DNA from: Alphaproteobacteria bacterium
Lineage (GTDB): Bacteria > Pseudomonadota > Alphaproteobacteria > Reyranellales > JAQSWP01
Direction: 5' to 3'
NCBI GenBank assembly: GCA_029266575.1
Contig: JAQSWP010000001.1
Location: 1-57,804 of the forward strand
DNA length: 57,804 nucleotides
In this document: positions 8,945-17,976 of the stretch, in pieces
Layout: each line of letters starts with the position of its first letter
Numbering within the stretch: position 1 is the stretch's first letter
The notes under the pieces: model-generated
Database searches by the model: none
Told to the model about the DNA's origin: nothing
The model's input: only the letters and a program-made list of their open reading frames with translations
Made by a program: the position numbers and the translations under genes

Positions 8945-10152
8945 TGCGCATTTCCTTTCGGTTCGATCACGATGCCGCGCGCGACCAGCGCGGCAATTTC
9001 CGCCTCGGCCACGCCCGCCTCCCGCAACACCTCGCGGCTGTGCTCGCCGACCAGCGGCGCCGGGCGGGTGATTTCGCTGGGGCTGGCCGAGAAGCGCACC
9101 GGCGGATTGACCATGCGGATGGCGCCCTCGGTGGGATGCTCCATGGTGACGAAGAGATCGCCGGCGTTGAGGTGCGGATCGGCCAGGATGTCTTCCAGCG
9201 AATTGATCGGGCCGCAGGGGATTTCCGCCTGCATCAGCTTCTCGAGCCACTCCGCCGTAGTCTTGGTGGCGGCGATTTCGGTGATCCGCTCGTAGAGCTC
9301 GACGATGTTGTGGCTGCGGCCGGCGACCGTGGCGTATCGCGCATCGTTTGCCAGATCGTTGCGTCCGGCGATGCGGAAGAAATTGGCGAAGTGGCGCTGG
9401 GTGTAAGGCAGGATCGAGACCCAGCCATCGGCGCTGCGATAAGGCTTGCGCCCCGGAGCCATCATGCGGTTGTAGCCCGGCTTGTTCTCTTCCGGCGCGA
9501 AGCTGCGCATAAACATGTGCTCGATCAGCAGATACTGCGCCATGGTCTCGAACATCGGCACTTCGACCGACTGGCCCTCGCCGCTGCGCAACTTGTGCAC
9601 CAGCGCCGCCAACACGGCATAGGCCAAGGTCAGGCCCACCGTCTTGTCGGCGATGATGGTGGGAGCGTATTTCGGGATGCCGTCATGCATGCCGTTGAGC
9701 CAGGCGACGCCGGAGACGGCCTGGATCACGTCGTCGTAGGCCGGCCGGTCGCCATAGGGGCCGTCGGCGCGGTAGCCGTAGGCGCCGACATAGACGATGC
9801 CGGGATTGACCTTCTTCACGCTATCGTAATCCAGCCCCAGCTTTTTCATCGCCTGCGGCCGCATGGCATGCACCAGCGCATCGGCCTTGGCGATGACCTT
9901 GCGCAAGGCCGCCAACGCCTCGGGCTGCTTCAGGTCCAGCGCCAGCGAGCGCTTGGAGCGGTTGACGCCCAGATGCAGCGGGCCCATGCCGGGATTGACG
10001 CGCGAAGGGCCGATATGGCGCAGCATTTCGCCTTCGGGCGGTTCGACCTTGATAACGTCGGCGCCCTGGTCGCCCAGCAGCTGCATGGCATAAGGACCCA
10101 GCACCACCGCCGTCATGTCGAGAATGCGCAAACCCTTGAGCGCGCCAGCCAT
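8941..10152 (-). CDS. CaiB/BaiF family CoA-transferase (class III)
   Basis: ALKGLRILDMT...GADVIKVEPPEG, NRSKRSLALDLK, PAYDDVIQA, PAPLVGEHSREVL. Confidence 0.92.
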   Translation of the reverse strand: MAGALKGLRILDMTAVVLGPYAMQLLGDQGADVIKVEPPEGEMLRHIGPSRVNPGMGPLHLGVNRSKRSLALDLKQPEALAALRKVIAKADALVHAMRPQAMKKLGLDYDSVKKVNPGIVYVGAYGYRADGPYGDRPAYDDVIQAVSGVAWLNGMHDGIPKYAPTIIADKTVGLTLAYAVLAALVHKLRSGEGQSVEVPMFETMAQYLLIEHMFMRSFAPEENKPGYNRMMAPGRKPYRSADGWVSILPYTQRHFANFFRIAGRNDLANDARYATVAGRSHNIVELYERITEIAATKTTAEWLEKLMQAEIPCGPINSLEDILADPHLNAGDLFVTMEHPTEGAIRMVNPPVRFSASPSEITRPAPLVGEHSREVLREAGVAEAEIAALVARGIVIEPKGNAQ

Positions 10153-10311
10153 TAGCGTTCCTCGCTTTTCATTGCCGCGCAGCCTGCGGCAGGCAGACAG
10201 CAGCGTCAAAGCCTTTATCGCCGTATTCCGGTTGGCGAACGGCGATGCTTGACACGGCTGGCGCGAGCCTGAAACTCAAGGGCAAAACGGTTCGATCGTC
10301 GCGGAGGAAAT

Positions 10312-11853
10312 ATGGACGTGCAAAGCGTGATGCGCCGTGCAGCGCAGTTCTACGCCAACAAGGAAGCCATCGTGCATGGCGCCCGGCGCCTGACCTTCGC
10401 GCAAGCCTGGGAGCGCGCCATCCGCATGGCCAACGGGCTGATCGCGCTTGGGCTGCAGCCGGGCGACCGGGTCGGCGTGCTGGAGGACAATTCGCTTGAG
10501 GCCTCCGACATCTTCGTCGGCGCGGCGATCGCCAACGTGGTGCGCGTGCCGCTCTATCCGCGCAACAGCCGTGAGGCGCATCTGCACATGCTGGGCCATA
10601 CCCAATGCAAGCTGCTGGTGGTCGGCGCCAATTACGCCCATGAGATCGAGGGTTTCAAGGCCGAGCTGCCGGATCTCACGCACGTCATGATCCGAGACGG
10701 CAACTACGAGGCCTGGCTGGCGCAACAGTCCGACGCCGATCCCAACGTGGCGGTGAAGGAAGACGACATCTATATCATCCGCCACACCGGCGGCACCACT
10801 GGCCGCTCCAAGGGCGTGGCCTACACGCACCGCTCGTGGCTGGCGGCGGCACGCGACTGGTTCTATCTCTACCCGCCGGTGGTGCCGGGCGATTCCTGCC
10901 TGCACCTGGGACCGATCAGCCATGGCTCGGGCTATCTCTTCACCCCGATCTGGATGGGTGGCGGCAGCAACGTGATGATCGACAAGTTCGATCCCGCCGC
11001 CGTCGTCGATCTGATGGAGAAGGAGAAGATCGGCTACATGTTCATGGTGCCGACCATGCTGAACGCGGTGCTGCGCGTGCCGGGCATGCACAAGCGCGAT
11101 TACTCGCACCTGAAATGCCTGCTCGCCACCGCCGCGCCAATCGCCGACGACACGGCGCTGAAGGCCTATGAGGTGTTCGGGAACGCCATGTATCAGGGCT
11201 ATGGCCAGACCGAAGTGCTGCCCATTGCCATCATGGGGCCGGCGCAATGGTTCGCCAGGGACGTGCCCGGCTCCAATCCGTTGCGCGCCTGCGGCATGCC
11301 CCTGCCCTTCGCCGAGCTGCAGATCTGGGACGAGGACAACAGGCCGGTGAAGCCGGGCGAGGCAGGGCAGATCGTGGCTCGCACCGACGGGCAGATGAGC
11401 GGCTTCTGGCAGGACCCAAAAGCCACCGCCGAGCGCATGATCGGCGGCTGGGTGCTGACCGGCGATGTCGGCATGCTCGACGCCAACGGCTATCTCTACA
11501 TGATGGACCGCGCCAACGACATGATCGTATCGGGCGGCTTCAACATCTATCCGGCGGAACTGGAGAACGCCATCGCCGACCATCCGGCGGTGATCGAGTG
11601 CGCGGTGTTCGGCGTACCGCACGAGAAATGGGGCGAGGCGCCGCTGGCCGTCTGCACCGTCGATCCCAAACTCACGGTCAGCGAGCAGGAGATCATCCAG
11701 CTCTGCGTCGAGAAGCTCGGCTCGTACAAGAAGCCGCATGCGGTCGAGTTCCGCAGCGAGCCGCTGCCCAAGACGCCGGTCGGCAAGATAAAGCGCAAGG
11801 AATTGCGCGAGCCGCACTGGCAGGGCCATACGCGGCGGGTGGCGGGGAGCTGA
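10312..11853 (+). CDS. Acyl-CoA synthetase / AMP-binding protein
   Basis: HTGGTTGRSKG, YGQTE, TGDVG..D, SGGFNIYPAELE, LPKTPVGKI; GGAGG RBS. Confidence 0.92.
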   Translation: MDVQSVMRRAAQFYANKEAIVHGARRLTFAQAWERAIRMANGLIALGLQPGDRVGVLEDNSLEASDIFVGAAIANVVRVPLYPRNSREAHLHMLGHTQCKLLVVGANYAHEIEGFKAELPDLTHVMIRDGNYEAWLAQQSDADPNVAVKEDDIYIIRHTGGTTGRSKGVAYTHRSWLAAARDWFYLYPPVVPGDSCLHLGPISHGSGYLFTPIWMGGGSNVMIDKFDPAAVVDLMEKEKIGYMFMVPTMLNAVLRVPGMHKRDYSHLKCLLATAAPIADDTALKAYEVFGNAMYQGYGQTEVLPIAIMGPAQWFARDVPGSNPLRACGMPLPFAELQIWDEDNRPVKPGEAGQIVARTDGQMSGFWQDPKATAERMIGGWVLTGDVGMLDANGYLYMMDRANDMIVSGGFNIYPAELENAIADHPAVIECAVFGVPHEKWGEAPLAVCTVDPKLTVSEQEIIQLCVEKLGSYKKPHAVEFRSEPLPKTPVGKIKRKELREPHWQGHTRRVAGS

Positions 11854-11907
11854 GGTGAACCGAAAAGTAGCGTGACGCAACTGAAGCTGGCGATTAATGT
11901 GCCGGCG

Positions 11908-12780
11908 ATGAATTTGTCCGCCTATTTGCGTCTGGCCCGCCCGCTCGACTGGCTGAAGAACGGCTTCGTGCCGCTGGGCCTGCTGTTCGCCGAGGCCTGG
12001 CATCATGCGCCGCTGGTGATCGACGTGGCGCTGGTAACGGTCGCCTTCTGCCTGGCCGCTTCCGCCGTTTACGCCTTCAACGACGTTTCCGACGCCGATG
12101 CCGACCGCAAGCATCCGCGCAAGCGGCAGCGGCCGGTGGCCAGCGGCGCCATTTCCGTGCGCCAGGCGCTGGTCTTCTCCATCTCGCTGGCTTTCCTGGC
12201 GCTGGCGATCGCCGCCTGGGTGCGCGCCGAAGCGTTGGGCCTGGTCGGCGCCTATCTGGTGCTCAACCTGTTCTATTCGCGCCTGCTGCGGCGCATTCCC
12301 TTCGTCGACGTGCTGACCATTGCCGCGGGCTTCATGCTGCGCGTGCTGGCCGGCACGGTCGGCGTCGGCATTCCGCCTTCGGGCTGGCTGCTGGCGACGG
12401 CGCTGGCGCTCACCCTGTTCCTGGGTTTCGCCAAGCGGCGGGCCGAGTTCGTCGCCGCCAATGGCGAGCCGGCGCGCGCCAGCCTCGCGGCCTATAACCA
12501 GCGCCTGCTCAATGGCCTGACCGTGGCAACCGCGCTCGCCGCCGGCGCGCTTTATGTCGGATTCACCTTCGATGCCCGCTCCATCCAATGGCATGCGGCG
12601 CCAAATCTGTGGATGACGGCGCCGCCGGCACTGGCGGTGCTGGCGCGCTATACATGGCTGGCGTTTCGCAACGGCAAGGGAGAGAATCCGGCGCGCGAAC
12701 TGATCGGCGATGCGTGGATCGCGATCTTCGCTCTGCTGTGGCTGGCGATTACGATGGCGGTGATCGGCGGTTTTACCTAA
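11908..12780 (+). CDS. UbiA family polyprenyl-phosphate phosphoribosyltransferase (DPPR synthase / NoeC-like)
   Basis: RPLDWLKN, Y..NDVSDADADRKHPRK..RPVASG, DVLTIAAGFMLRV.AG, LFLGFAKRRAE; multi-TM; start may be GTG 11872. Confidence 0.85.
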   Translation: MNLSAYLRLARPLDWLKNGFVPLGLLFAEAWHHAPLVIDVALVTVAFCLAASAVYAFNDVSDADADRKHPRKRQRPVASGAISVRQALVFSISLAFLALAIAAWVRAEALGLVGAYLVLNLFYSRLLRRIPFVDVLTIAAGFMLRVLAGTVGVGIPPSGWLLATALALTLFLGFAKRRAEFVAANGEPARASLAAYNQRLLNGLTVATALAAGALYVGFTFDARSIQWHAAPNLWMTAPPALAVLARYTWLAFRNGKGENPARELIGDAWIAIFALLWLAITMAVIGGFT

Positions 12781-12799
12781 GCCGGAAACAGTTGGGGAA

Positions 12800-14338
12800 A
12801 TGGTGGCGGCAACAGGCGACAGGGACGGGCTTCTCCGCGCGGCGCTCCTCGCCGCGGGGGCGCTCTGCCTTGCCTGGCTGTGGCTGTTCTTCACCTTCAC
12901 CGCCGACGATTCCTTCATCACCTTCCGCTATGGCCGCACCCTGGTCGAGCACGGCGTGTGGAACTGGAATGCGTCCGGCGCGCTTGCCGAGGCCTACACC
13001 AGCGGCCTTTATGCGCTGCTGTCGATCGTCCCTGCCGCGCTTGGCCTGGCGCCAGCGCCGATCTTCAAGCTGCTGGGCATGGTTGCCTTCGTGCTGATCC
13101 TGCAGCGGCTGTGGCGCTACGGCGGCATTACGGGACTGGTCTATGGCGCCACGGTTGCGGCCTTCACGCCCTATCTGTTCGTGCATGTCGCGTCGGGCCT
13201 GGAGACGCCGGTCTTCATCCTGCTAATGGTGGAAATCGCTGCGCGCCTGCTCACCGGCAGGGCGGCGCAACGCCAAGGGTTGTTCTTTGCGCTCTTGGCG
13301 CTGCTGCCGTTCGTGCGGCCGGAAGGCGCGGTGCTTTCGGCTGTGGCGGCGCTGCTGCTGGCGAAGCAGATCGGCTGGCGCAACCTGCACTGGCGCTGGC
13401 TGGCGCTCGCGGCGCTGTGCGGCGTGGTCTATTTCATCGGACGCTGGATCTATTTCGGTCTGCCGCTGCCGACGCCATTCTATGCCAAGACCGGTTTCAA
13501 TCCGGCCGACCTCGTCGCCAATCTGCTGTCGTTCCGGCTCTATCTCGTGATTGCGCTGGCGCTGCTGGTCCTAGTGCGCAACGGGGCCTTCCGCCTGCTG
13601 CTGGCCGTGCAACTCGGCGTCGTCGTGGCGCTCTATGCGCCGGCCCATCTGCAAATGAATTTTGCCGACCGCTTTCCGTTGCAGGCGCTGCTGCCGCTGG
13701 TCCTGGTGGCGCCGCTGGCGATCGCGCATCAAGGCACGGCGAGCAACAACAGGCGCTGGCATCTGATGGCCATGGCTGCGATGGCGCTGATGGCGGGGTT
13801 CGGCAATCTGTCGCAAAGCCATGTCGCCTGGCTGATCGGCTACACCTCGGCCGCCACGCAGACCCATCGCGCTTTGGGCCTGGCGCTGGCGCCGTTCGCG
13901 CCGCAGGGTTACACCATCGCCATGGCCGATTCCGGCCTGATCGCCTATCACGCCGGCTGGCGGGCGATCGACCTGGTGGGGTTGGCGGACAGCGAAGTGG
14001 CGCGCCGCGGCAACAGTCTTGCCTATATGGAGCAGGCCAGACCCGACATCATCGTGCTGTACAGCACGAGCGCGCGGGCGGCGGATATTCGCACGCACGG
14101 TCTGGGGCACGACGCAGCGGGCGAATTCCTGCAACGCCATCCGCAATGGCAGCCGACGGTCGGCCTGCCGTGGAACGACAGCTACTGGCTGGTGGTTTTC
14201 CGGCGTGCGGATCTGCCAGAGCGGACGAAGCTCGATCAGGCTTTGCAGAAGGTCGAAGCCGATGCCCGCGCCTGGAGCGAACAGCGCTTGCGCAGCAAAC
14301 TGTGGCGGGCGCTGAGCCTGCAGGACGCGTTTTACTAG
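12800..14338 (+). CDS. Polytopic membrane glycosyltransferase, GT-C fold (AftB/ArnT-like)
   Basis: DDSFITFRY in the first loop, EAYTS, SGLETP, RPEG, PTPFYAK, C-terminal soluble domain with DSGLIAY...IDLVGLAD. Confidence 0.7.
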   Translation: MVAATGDRDGLLRAALLAAGALCLAWLWLFFTFTADDSFITFRYGRTLVEHGVWNWNASGALAEAYTSGLYALLSIVPAALGLAPAPIFKLLGMVAFVLILQRLWRYGGITGLVYGATVAAFTPYLFVHVASGLETPVFILLMVEIAARLLTGRAAQRQGLFFALLALLPFVRPEGAVLSAVAALLLAKQIGWRNLHWRWLALAALCGVVYFIGRWIYFGLPLPTPFYAKTGFNPADLVANLLSFRLYLVIALALLVLVRNGAFRLLLAVQLGVVVALYAPAHLQMNFADRFPLQALLPLVLVAPLAIAHQGTASNNRRWHLMAMAAMALMAGFGNLSQSHVAWLIGYTSAATQTHRALGLALAPFAPQGYTIAMADSGLIAYHAGWRAIDLVGLADSEVARRGNSLAYMEQARPDIIVLYSTSARAADIRTHGLGHDAAGEFLQRHPQWQPTVGLPWNDSYWLVVFRRADLPERTKLDQALQKVEADARAWSEQRLRSKLWRALSLQDAFY

Positions 14339-14398
14339 AGCAAATCAGGGTCTGACGGAATCGCTTGCGATCCCGTCAGACCCTGTGAATTTGCTCTA
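14336..14398. repeat. Palindromic MITE-like element with TAGAGC...GCTCTA ends, supplies the stop codon of the GT-C gene
   Basis: TAGAGCAAAT/ATTTGCTCTA outer arms, CAGGGTCTGACGG/CCGTCAGACCCTG inner arms, 3-nt bulge. Confidence 0.75.
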
Positions 14399-14402
14399 AA
14401 CA

Positions 14403-14861
14403 TTAAAGAGTGGAGCGGGCCAGAACCCGCTTGCGCGCGGCGCCGACATCGGCATCCTCGAGATAGAGCAGCCCGGCCAGCCGGCGCATCAGGCTGGTCT
14501 CGTAATGATGCGCCTCGCCGTCGGCATAGACCACTTCCCACAGCAATTCGACGATCTGCAGCCGTTCCTCGGGTGAGAAGCGCTTGTTCAAGGCGCTGGT
14601 GAAGCGGAAGACGTCGGAGGCGTTGTCATGCAGGGAGACGACCGCGTCCACCATGTTTTTTGCGGCGGCTTCGTCGAGCCGGAACTGCGCCTGCAGCAGT
14701 CCCTCGATCATGCGGCGCTCGCCGGCGGAGAATTCGCCGTCGCGGGCGGCGACTTCGACCATCAGCGCCGCTGCGGCCATGACGCGATCGCCGGCATGCA
14801 CGGCCGCATGCGAGGTGGGGCCGCTTTCCGCGGCGAGAAACGACTTCAGCCAGCCAATCAT
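14403..14861 (-). CDS. TerB family protein
   Basis: AAAALMVEVAARDG...ER, FRFTSALN, LLWEVVYADG..HHYE..LMRRLAGLL. Confidence 0.88.
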   Translation of the reverse strand: MIGWLKSFLAAESGPTSHAAVHAGDRVMAAAALMVEVAARDGEFSAGERRMIEGLLQAQFRLDEAAAKNMVDAVVSLHDNASDVFRFTSALNKRFSPEERLQIVELLWEVVYADGEAHHYETSLMRRLAGLLYLEDADVGAARKRVLARSTL

Positions 14862-14900
14862 GGCTCTGCTATCGCAAGTGCTGGCGGCGAAAGCAAGGCA

Positions 14901-15329
14901 TCAAAGATCGAATTCCGCATCATAGGCGCGCGCCAGGCGCAACGCACAGAGCCGGCCGAAATGGATGGTCAGGCTCTTGCGGGTGGCGGCGGCCATGCTG
15001 CGCCTGGCCGGTTCGACCAGCACCTCGCCGCCATAGCGGTCGGCGACGATGATGCCGGTTTCGGGCGGCAGATGCTCCATCGGGAAACCGTTGGGCACGG
15101 CGAAATAGAACAGATCGCAATGCGGCGCGTATTCCGGCCATTTGCCGTCGCGCTGCAGGTCGATCAGCGAAGTCTTGATCTCGACAATGCTGATGCAGCC
15201 CGAGGCATCGACGCCAAAGACGTCGGCGCGCCGCCCGCTGGGCAATTCGACCTCGACGGTCGACATGATTCCCATGTGGCGGAACAGGCGCAGCACGCCG
15301 CGGGTGATGATGGTGGTTTCCTGGCTCAT
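14901..15329 (-). CDS. mmcB: DNA repair putative endonuclease MmcB
   Basis: EVELPSGRRADV, IVEIKTS..D...DGKWPEY..HCD.FYFAVP, GIIVADRYGGE (PD-(D/E)xK). Confidence 0.85.
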   Translation of the reverse strand: MSQETTIITRGVLRLFRHMGIMSTVEVELPSGRRADVFGVDASGCISIVEIKTSLIDLQRDGKWPEYAPHCDLFYFAVPNGFPMEHLPPETGIIVADRYGGEVLVEPARRSMAAATRKSLTIHFGRLCALRLARAYDAEFDL

Positions 15330-15392
15330 GCCGGGCGCATTCTAGCGCCGCGATCGGGCGATGCCAGAATCGGGAACGACAGCGAAACGCTG

Positions 15393-16262
15393 TCAGCCGC
15401 CCAATACCTTCGGCTTCCTGTAGTTGGCCAAACCGATATAGGGCTTGCTGCGATCGTGGTCGGGCACTTCGAAGAAGGTCGAGCGGTTGTTGTTGTGCAC
15501 GCCGCCATCGACGCGAATGAAGGCGCCGGTGATGTAGGCGGCCGCTTCCGACAGCAGGAAAGCGACCGCAGCGGCGATCTCCGATTCGGTGCCGTGGCGC
15601 TTGAGCGGCACGCGCTTGACGACGCTGCGCAGGGTCTCGTGCGCGCTTTCGGGATATTTGTCGAAGCCGGAGGAGGCGATGAAGCCCGGGATCACCTGAT
15701 TGAGACGCACGCCCGAGGCGGCCCATTCGATCGAGGCGGTCAGGGTGAAATTCTCCTGGCCGGCGCGGGCGGCGCCGTTATGGCCCATGCCCGGCATGCC
15801 CAGCGGCCAGTCGGCGCCGATGCTGACGATGTTGCCGCCGTGCGCTTCCATCCACTGCAGGAAAACTTCCTTCGACACCAGGAATGTCGCGGTCATGTTG
15901 TTGGCCACCACCGCGTTCCAGCCATTGAGGCTGAGATCGCGCAGGCGCGAGGGGAACTGGCCGCCGGCATTGTTGACCAGACCGTCGATGCGCCCGCCCC
16001 AGCCGAGCACGGCGGCCACCATGTCCTTGACCGGCTGCTCCTGGCGCAGATCGCAGCTATGGATGAAAACGCCGTCGCCGCCGCCCAGCTCGTCGCGCAC
16101 CGTCTGCAGCTTTTCGACATTGCGCCCGATCAGCGCGATGCGGGCACCCAACGATTTCAGTTCATGGGCGATGCAGCGGCCGATGCCGGAACCGCCGCCG
16201 GTGACGATGATGGTCTGGCCGTGGAACAGGCCGGGACGGAAGACGGAGCGATAATCGACCAT
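15393..16262 (-). CDS. SDR oxidoreductase (trans-2-enoyl-CoA reductase / AtuB-like)
   Basis: TGGGSGIG, NNAGGQF, MGHNGAARAG, VPLKRHGTESE. Confidence 0.88.
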   Translation of the reverse strand: MVDYRSVFRPGLFHGQTIIVTGGGSGIGRCIAHELKSLGARIALIGRNVEKLQTVRDELGGGDGVFIHSCDLRQEQPVKDMVAAVLGWGGRIDGLVNNAGGQFPSRLRDLSLNGWNAVVANNMTATFLVSKEVFLQWMEAHGGNIVSIGADWPLGMPGMGHNGAARAGQENFTLTASIEWAASGVRLNQVIPGFIASSGFDKYPESAHETLRSVVKRVPLKRHGTESEIAAAVAFLLSEAAAYITGAFIRVDGGVHNNNRSTFFEVPDHDRSKPYIGLANYRKPKVLGG

Positions 16263-16276
16263 GGAGCGGCTCTTTC

Positions 16277-17293
16277 TCAGACAGGCTTGCGGCCAAAGAT
16301 GCGGCTCAGCACGCCGGGAATGAAGGGTTCGGATTTGACGTCGATGAAGCCTGCCTTGGAGAAGAATTCACGGCAATCGGCTTCGGAATGCGCTGCCCCG
16401 GTGCTGCCCCAAATGGCTTCGTTCAACCCCCACAGCGCGGGATCGAGTGGCCCGGTGCGTTCGTCGTTCAGGGCCTCGCCGACCAGATGCATCTCGCCGC
16501 CCGGCGCCAACGCATCGAAGGCTTTGCGCACCACAAGTTGGATCAGCTCGGCGGAATATTGCGGCAGGTTGGAGGCCATCAGCACCACATCGACGCCGTG
16601 CGGAAAGTCATCGCGTGTGAAATCGCCGCCCATCGCCTCGACTCTCCCCGAAGCGCCGGCCTTGGCGATGAACTCGCGCGCCACGATGGCGACCGGCGGC
16701 AAGTCGAACACTGTTGCCCTCAGGCCAGGAAACGCTTGCGTCGCCATGATACTGTAGGCGCCCGAGCCGCCGCCGAGATCGAGCAGATGCTTGCGGCCCG
16801 TCAGGTTGACGGTACGGGCGAAATGGCGGGCCGAGCCGGTGCCGATGGAATAAGTCGCGTCGTGATATTTGCGCGCATCCTCGACGGTGAAATTCTCGTA
16901 CACGCCCAGCCGCGCCTCCGCGTGCCGCTTCAGATGCGTGGCCAACTCGCCCCACTGGTTCCACACCGGCTTGGTGAACAGCATCCACGGGCCGGCGAAA
17001 CGTTCTTCGGTGCTGACCAGGAAGCGCTCGACGTCGTCGGCGTTGCGATAGCGCTCGCCGTCCTTGTGCAGCAGCTCCATCGCCGTCAGCACCGTCGCCA
17101 GCCGGCTGACCTGGCGTTCGGCCAGACCGCGGGTTTTAGCGATGGCGGCGATAGTGTCGGCGCCCTGCGAGATGGCAGTGAAGATGTCGAGCTCGATGGC
17201 GGCGAACAGCGCGCCGCTTTGCCAATAGGCGCGCGAGAGATGCTGCAGGCGGGTGAGATCGACGCGTTTTTGCGGCGCGGATGAAGCTGCCAT
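16277..17293 (-). CDS. SAM-dependent O-methyltransferase with N-terminal dimerisation domain
   Basis: LFAAIELDIF, LLDLGGGSG, VFDLP, GGDFT, ALAPGG; start ATG 17293 with GAGG RBS. Confidence 0.88.
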   Translation of the reverse strand: MAASSAPQKRVDLTRLQHLSRAYWQSGALFAAIELDIFTAISQGADTIAAIAKTRGLAERQVSRLATVLTAMELLHKDGERYRNADDVERFLVSTEERFAGPWMLFTKPVWNQWGELATHLKRHAEARLGVYENFTVEDARKYHDATYSIGTGSARHFARTVNLTGRKHLLDLGGGSGAYSIMATQAFPGLRATVFDLPPVAIVAREFIAKAGASGRVEAMGGDFTRDDFPHGVDVVLMASNLPQYSAELIQLVVRKAFDALAPGGEMHLVGEALNDERTGPLDPALWGLNEAIWGSTGAAHSEADCREFFSKAGFIDVKSEPFIPGVLSRIFGRKPV

Positions 17294-17405
17294 GATCCTC
17301 CGGGAACGGCCAAGCTGGCCGGTCCCCACTCAATCAGACCGGATCAACCGCGAGCAAGCGACAAGGCCGCCCGCTTCCGCTTAGCGGTCGCCGGTTCCGA
17401 GAAGA

Positions 17406-17708
17406 TCAATGGCCGCGGCGCTTACGGGTGGCGGCGGCCTTTTTAGCTGACTTGGATTTCGCCGCCTTGGATCGGGCGGCGCTGGCCTTGCCGCCAAGCT
17501 TCCCGCCCTTCTTGGAAGCGCTCTTGTTCTCTTTCTTGCCACGGCCGGAGCCGCTTTTCTTGCCGCCGCCGCTTTCCTTGTTGACGGTGGCCCAGGCGCG
17601 GCGCTCGGCTTCCTTCTTGGAGACGCCGCTCTTCTCGTAACCCTCCTCGATATGCTCGGCCTTGCGCTTTTGCTTGCCGGTGTAGGACGCCTTGCTGCCT
17701 CGTGCCAT
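17406..17708 (-). CDS. Small K/A/G-rich stress protein (often annotated 'plasmid stabilization protein')
   Basis: MARGSKASYTGKQKRKAEHIEEGYE..GVSKKEAERRAWATVNK, KGG motifs, basic tail; 100 aa. Confidence 0.82.
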   Translation of the reverse strand: MARGSKASYTGKQKRKAEHIEEGYEKSGVSKKEAERRAWATVNKESGGGKKSGSGRGKKENKSASKKGGKLGGKASAARSKAAKSKSAKKAAATRKRRGH

Positions 17709-17719
17709 GGCTGCCCTTG

Positions 17720-17875
17720 CTACACCCTGCCAGTCACCAGCAGGATGACCAGGATGATCACGACCACGAGTGCGATGCCCGACGGGCCATAGCCCCAACT
17801 CCGGCTATAGGGCCAGGCCGGCAGCGCGCCCAGCAGAATCAAGACCAGGATGATCAGCAGAATGGTGCCCAGCAT
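17720..17875 (-). CDS. DUF3309 family small membrane protein (51 aa)
   Basis: Hand-translated MLGTILLIILVLILLGALPAWPYSRSWGYGPSGIALVVVIILVILLVTGRV; GAGG RBS; below the ORF-track cutoff. Confidence 0.88.
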   Translation of the reverse strand: MLGTILLIILVLILLGALPAWPYSRSWGYGPSGIALVVVIILVILLVTGRV

Positions 17876-17908
17876 GGGGTGTTTCCTCTTGTTGCGGTCA
17901 GAGCCTGC

Positions 17909-17933
17909 AACGCTCCTGCCGCAACACGGTTCC
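17909..17933 (-). promoter_or_regulatory. Sigma-EcfG type promoter
   Basis: Minus strand GGAAC-cgtgttgcggcaggag(16)-CGTT, 33 nt upstream of the DUF3309 ATG. Confidence 0.8.
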
Positions 17934-17976
17934 CACCTACCCGGCGGCGCCTGGCGGCCGCCAGGATTCTCGCGGC

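Noticed and set aside
10276-12921. 881-aa antisense ORF
   Set aside because: Shadow of the acyl-CoA synthetase and UbiA genes; no motifs; stop-poor antisense frames are expected at high GC
14403-14861. Tellurite-resistance or defence island
   Set aside because: Solitary TerB-family gene without other ter genes
14628-16757. 709-aa plus-strand ORF
   Set aside because: Antisense to four recognisable genes and has no domain signature
17406-17708. Plasmid or toxin-antitoxin function implied by the 'plasmid stabilization' label
   Set aside because: No ParE/RelE-like sequence, antitoxin or replication genes; the context points to general stress
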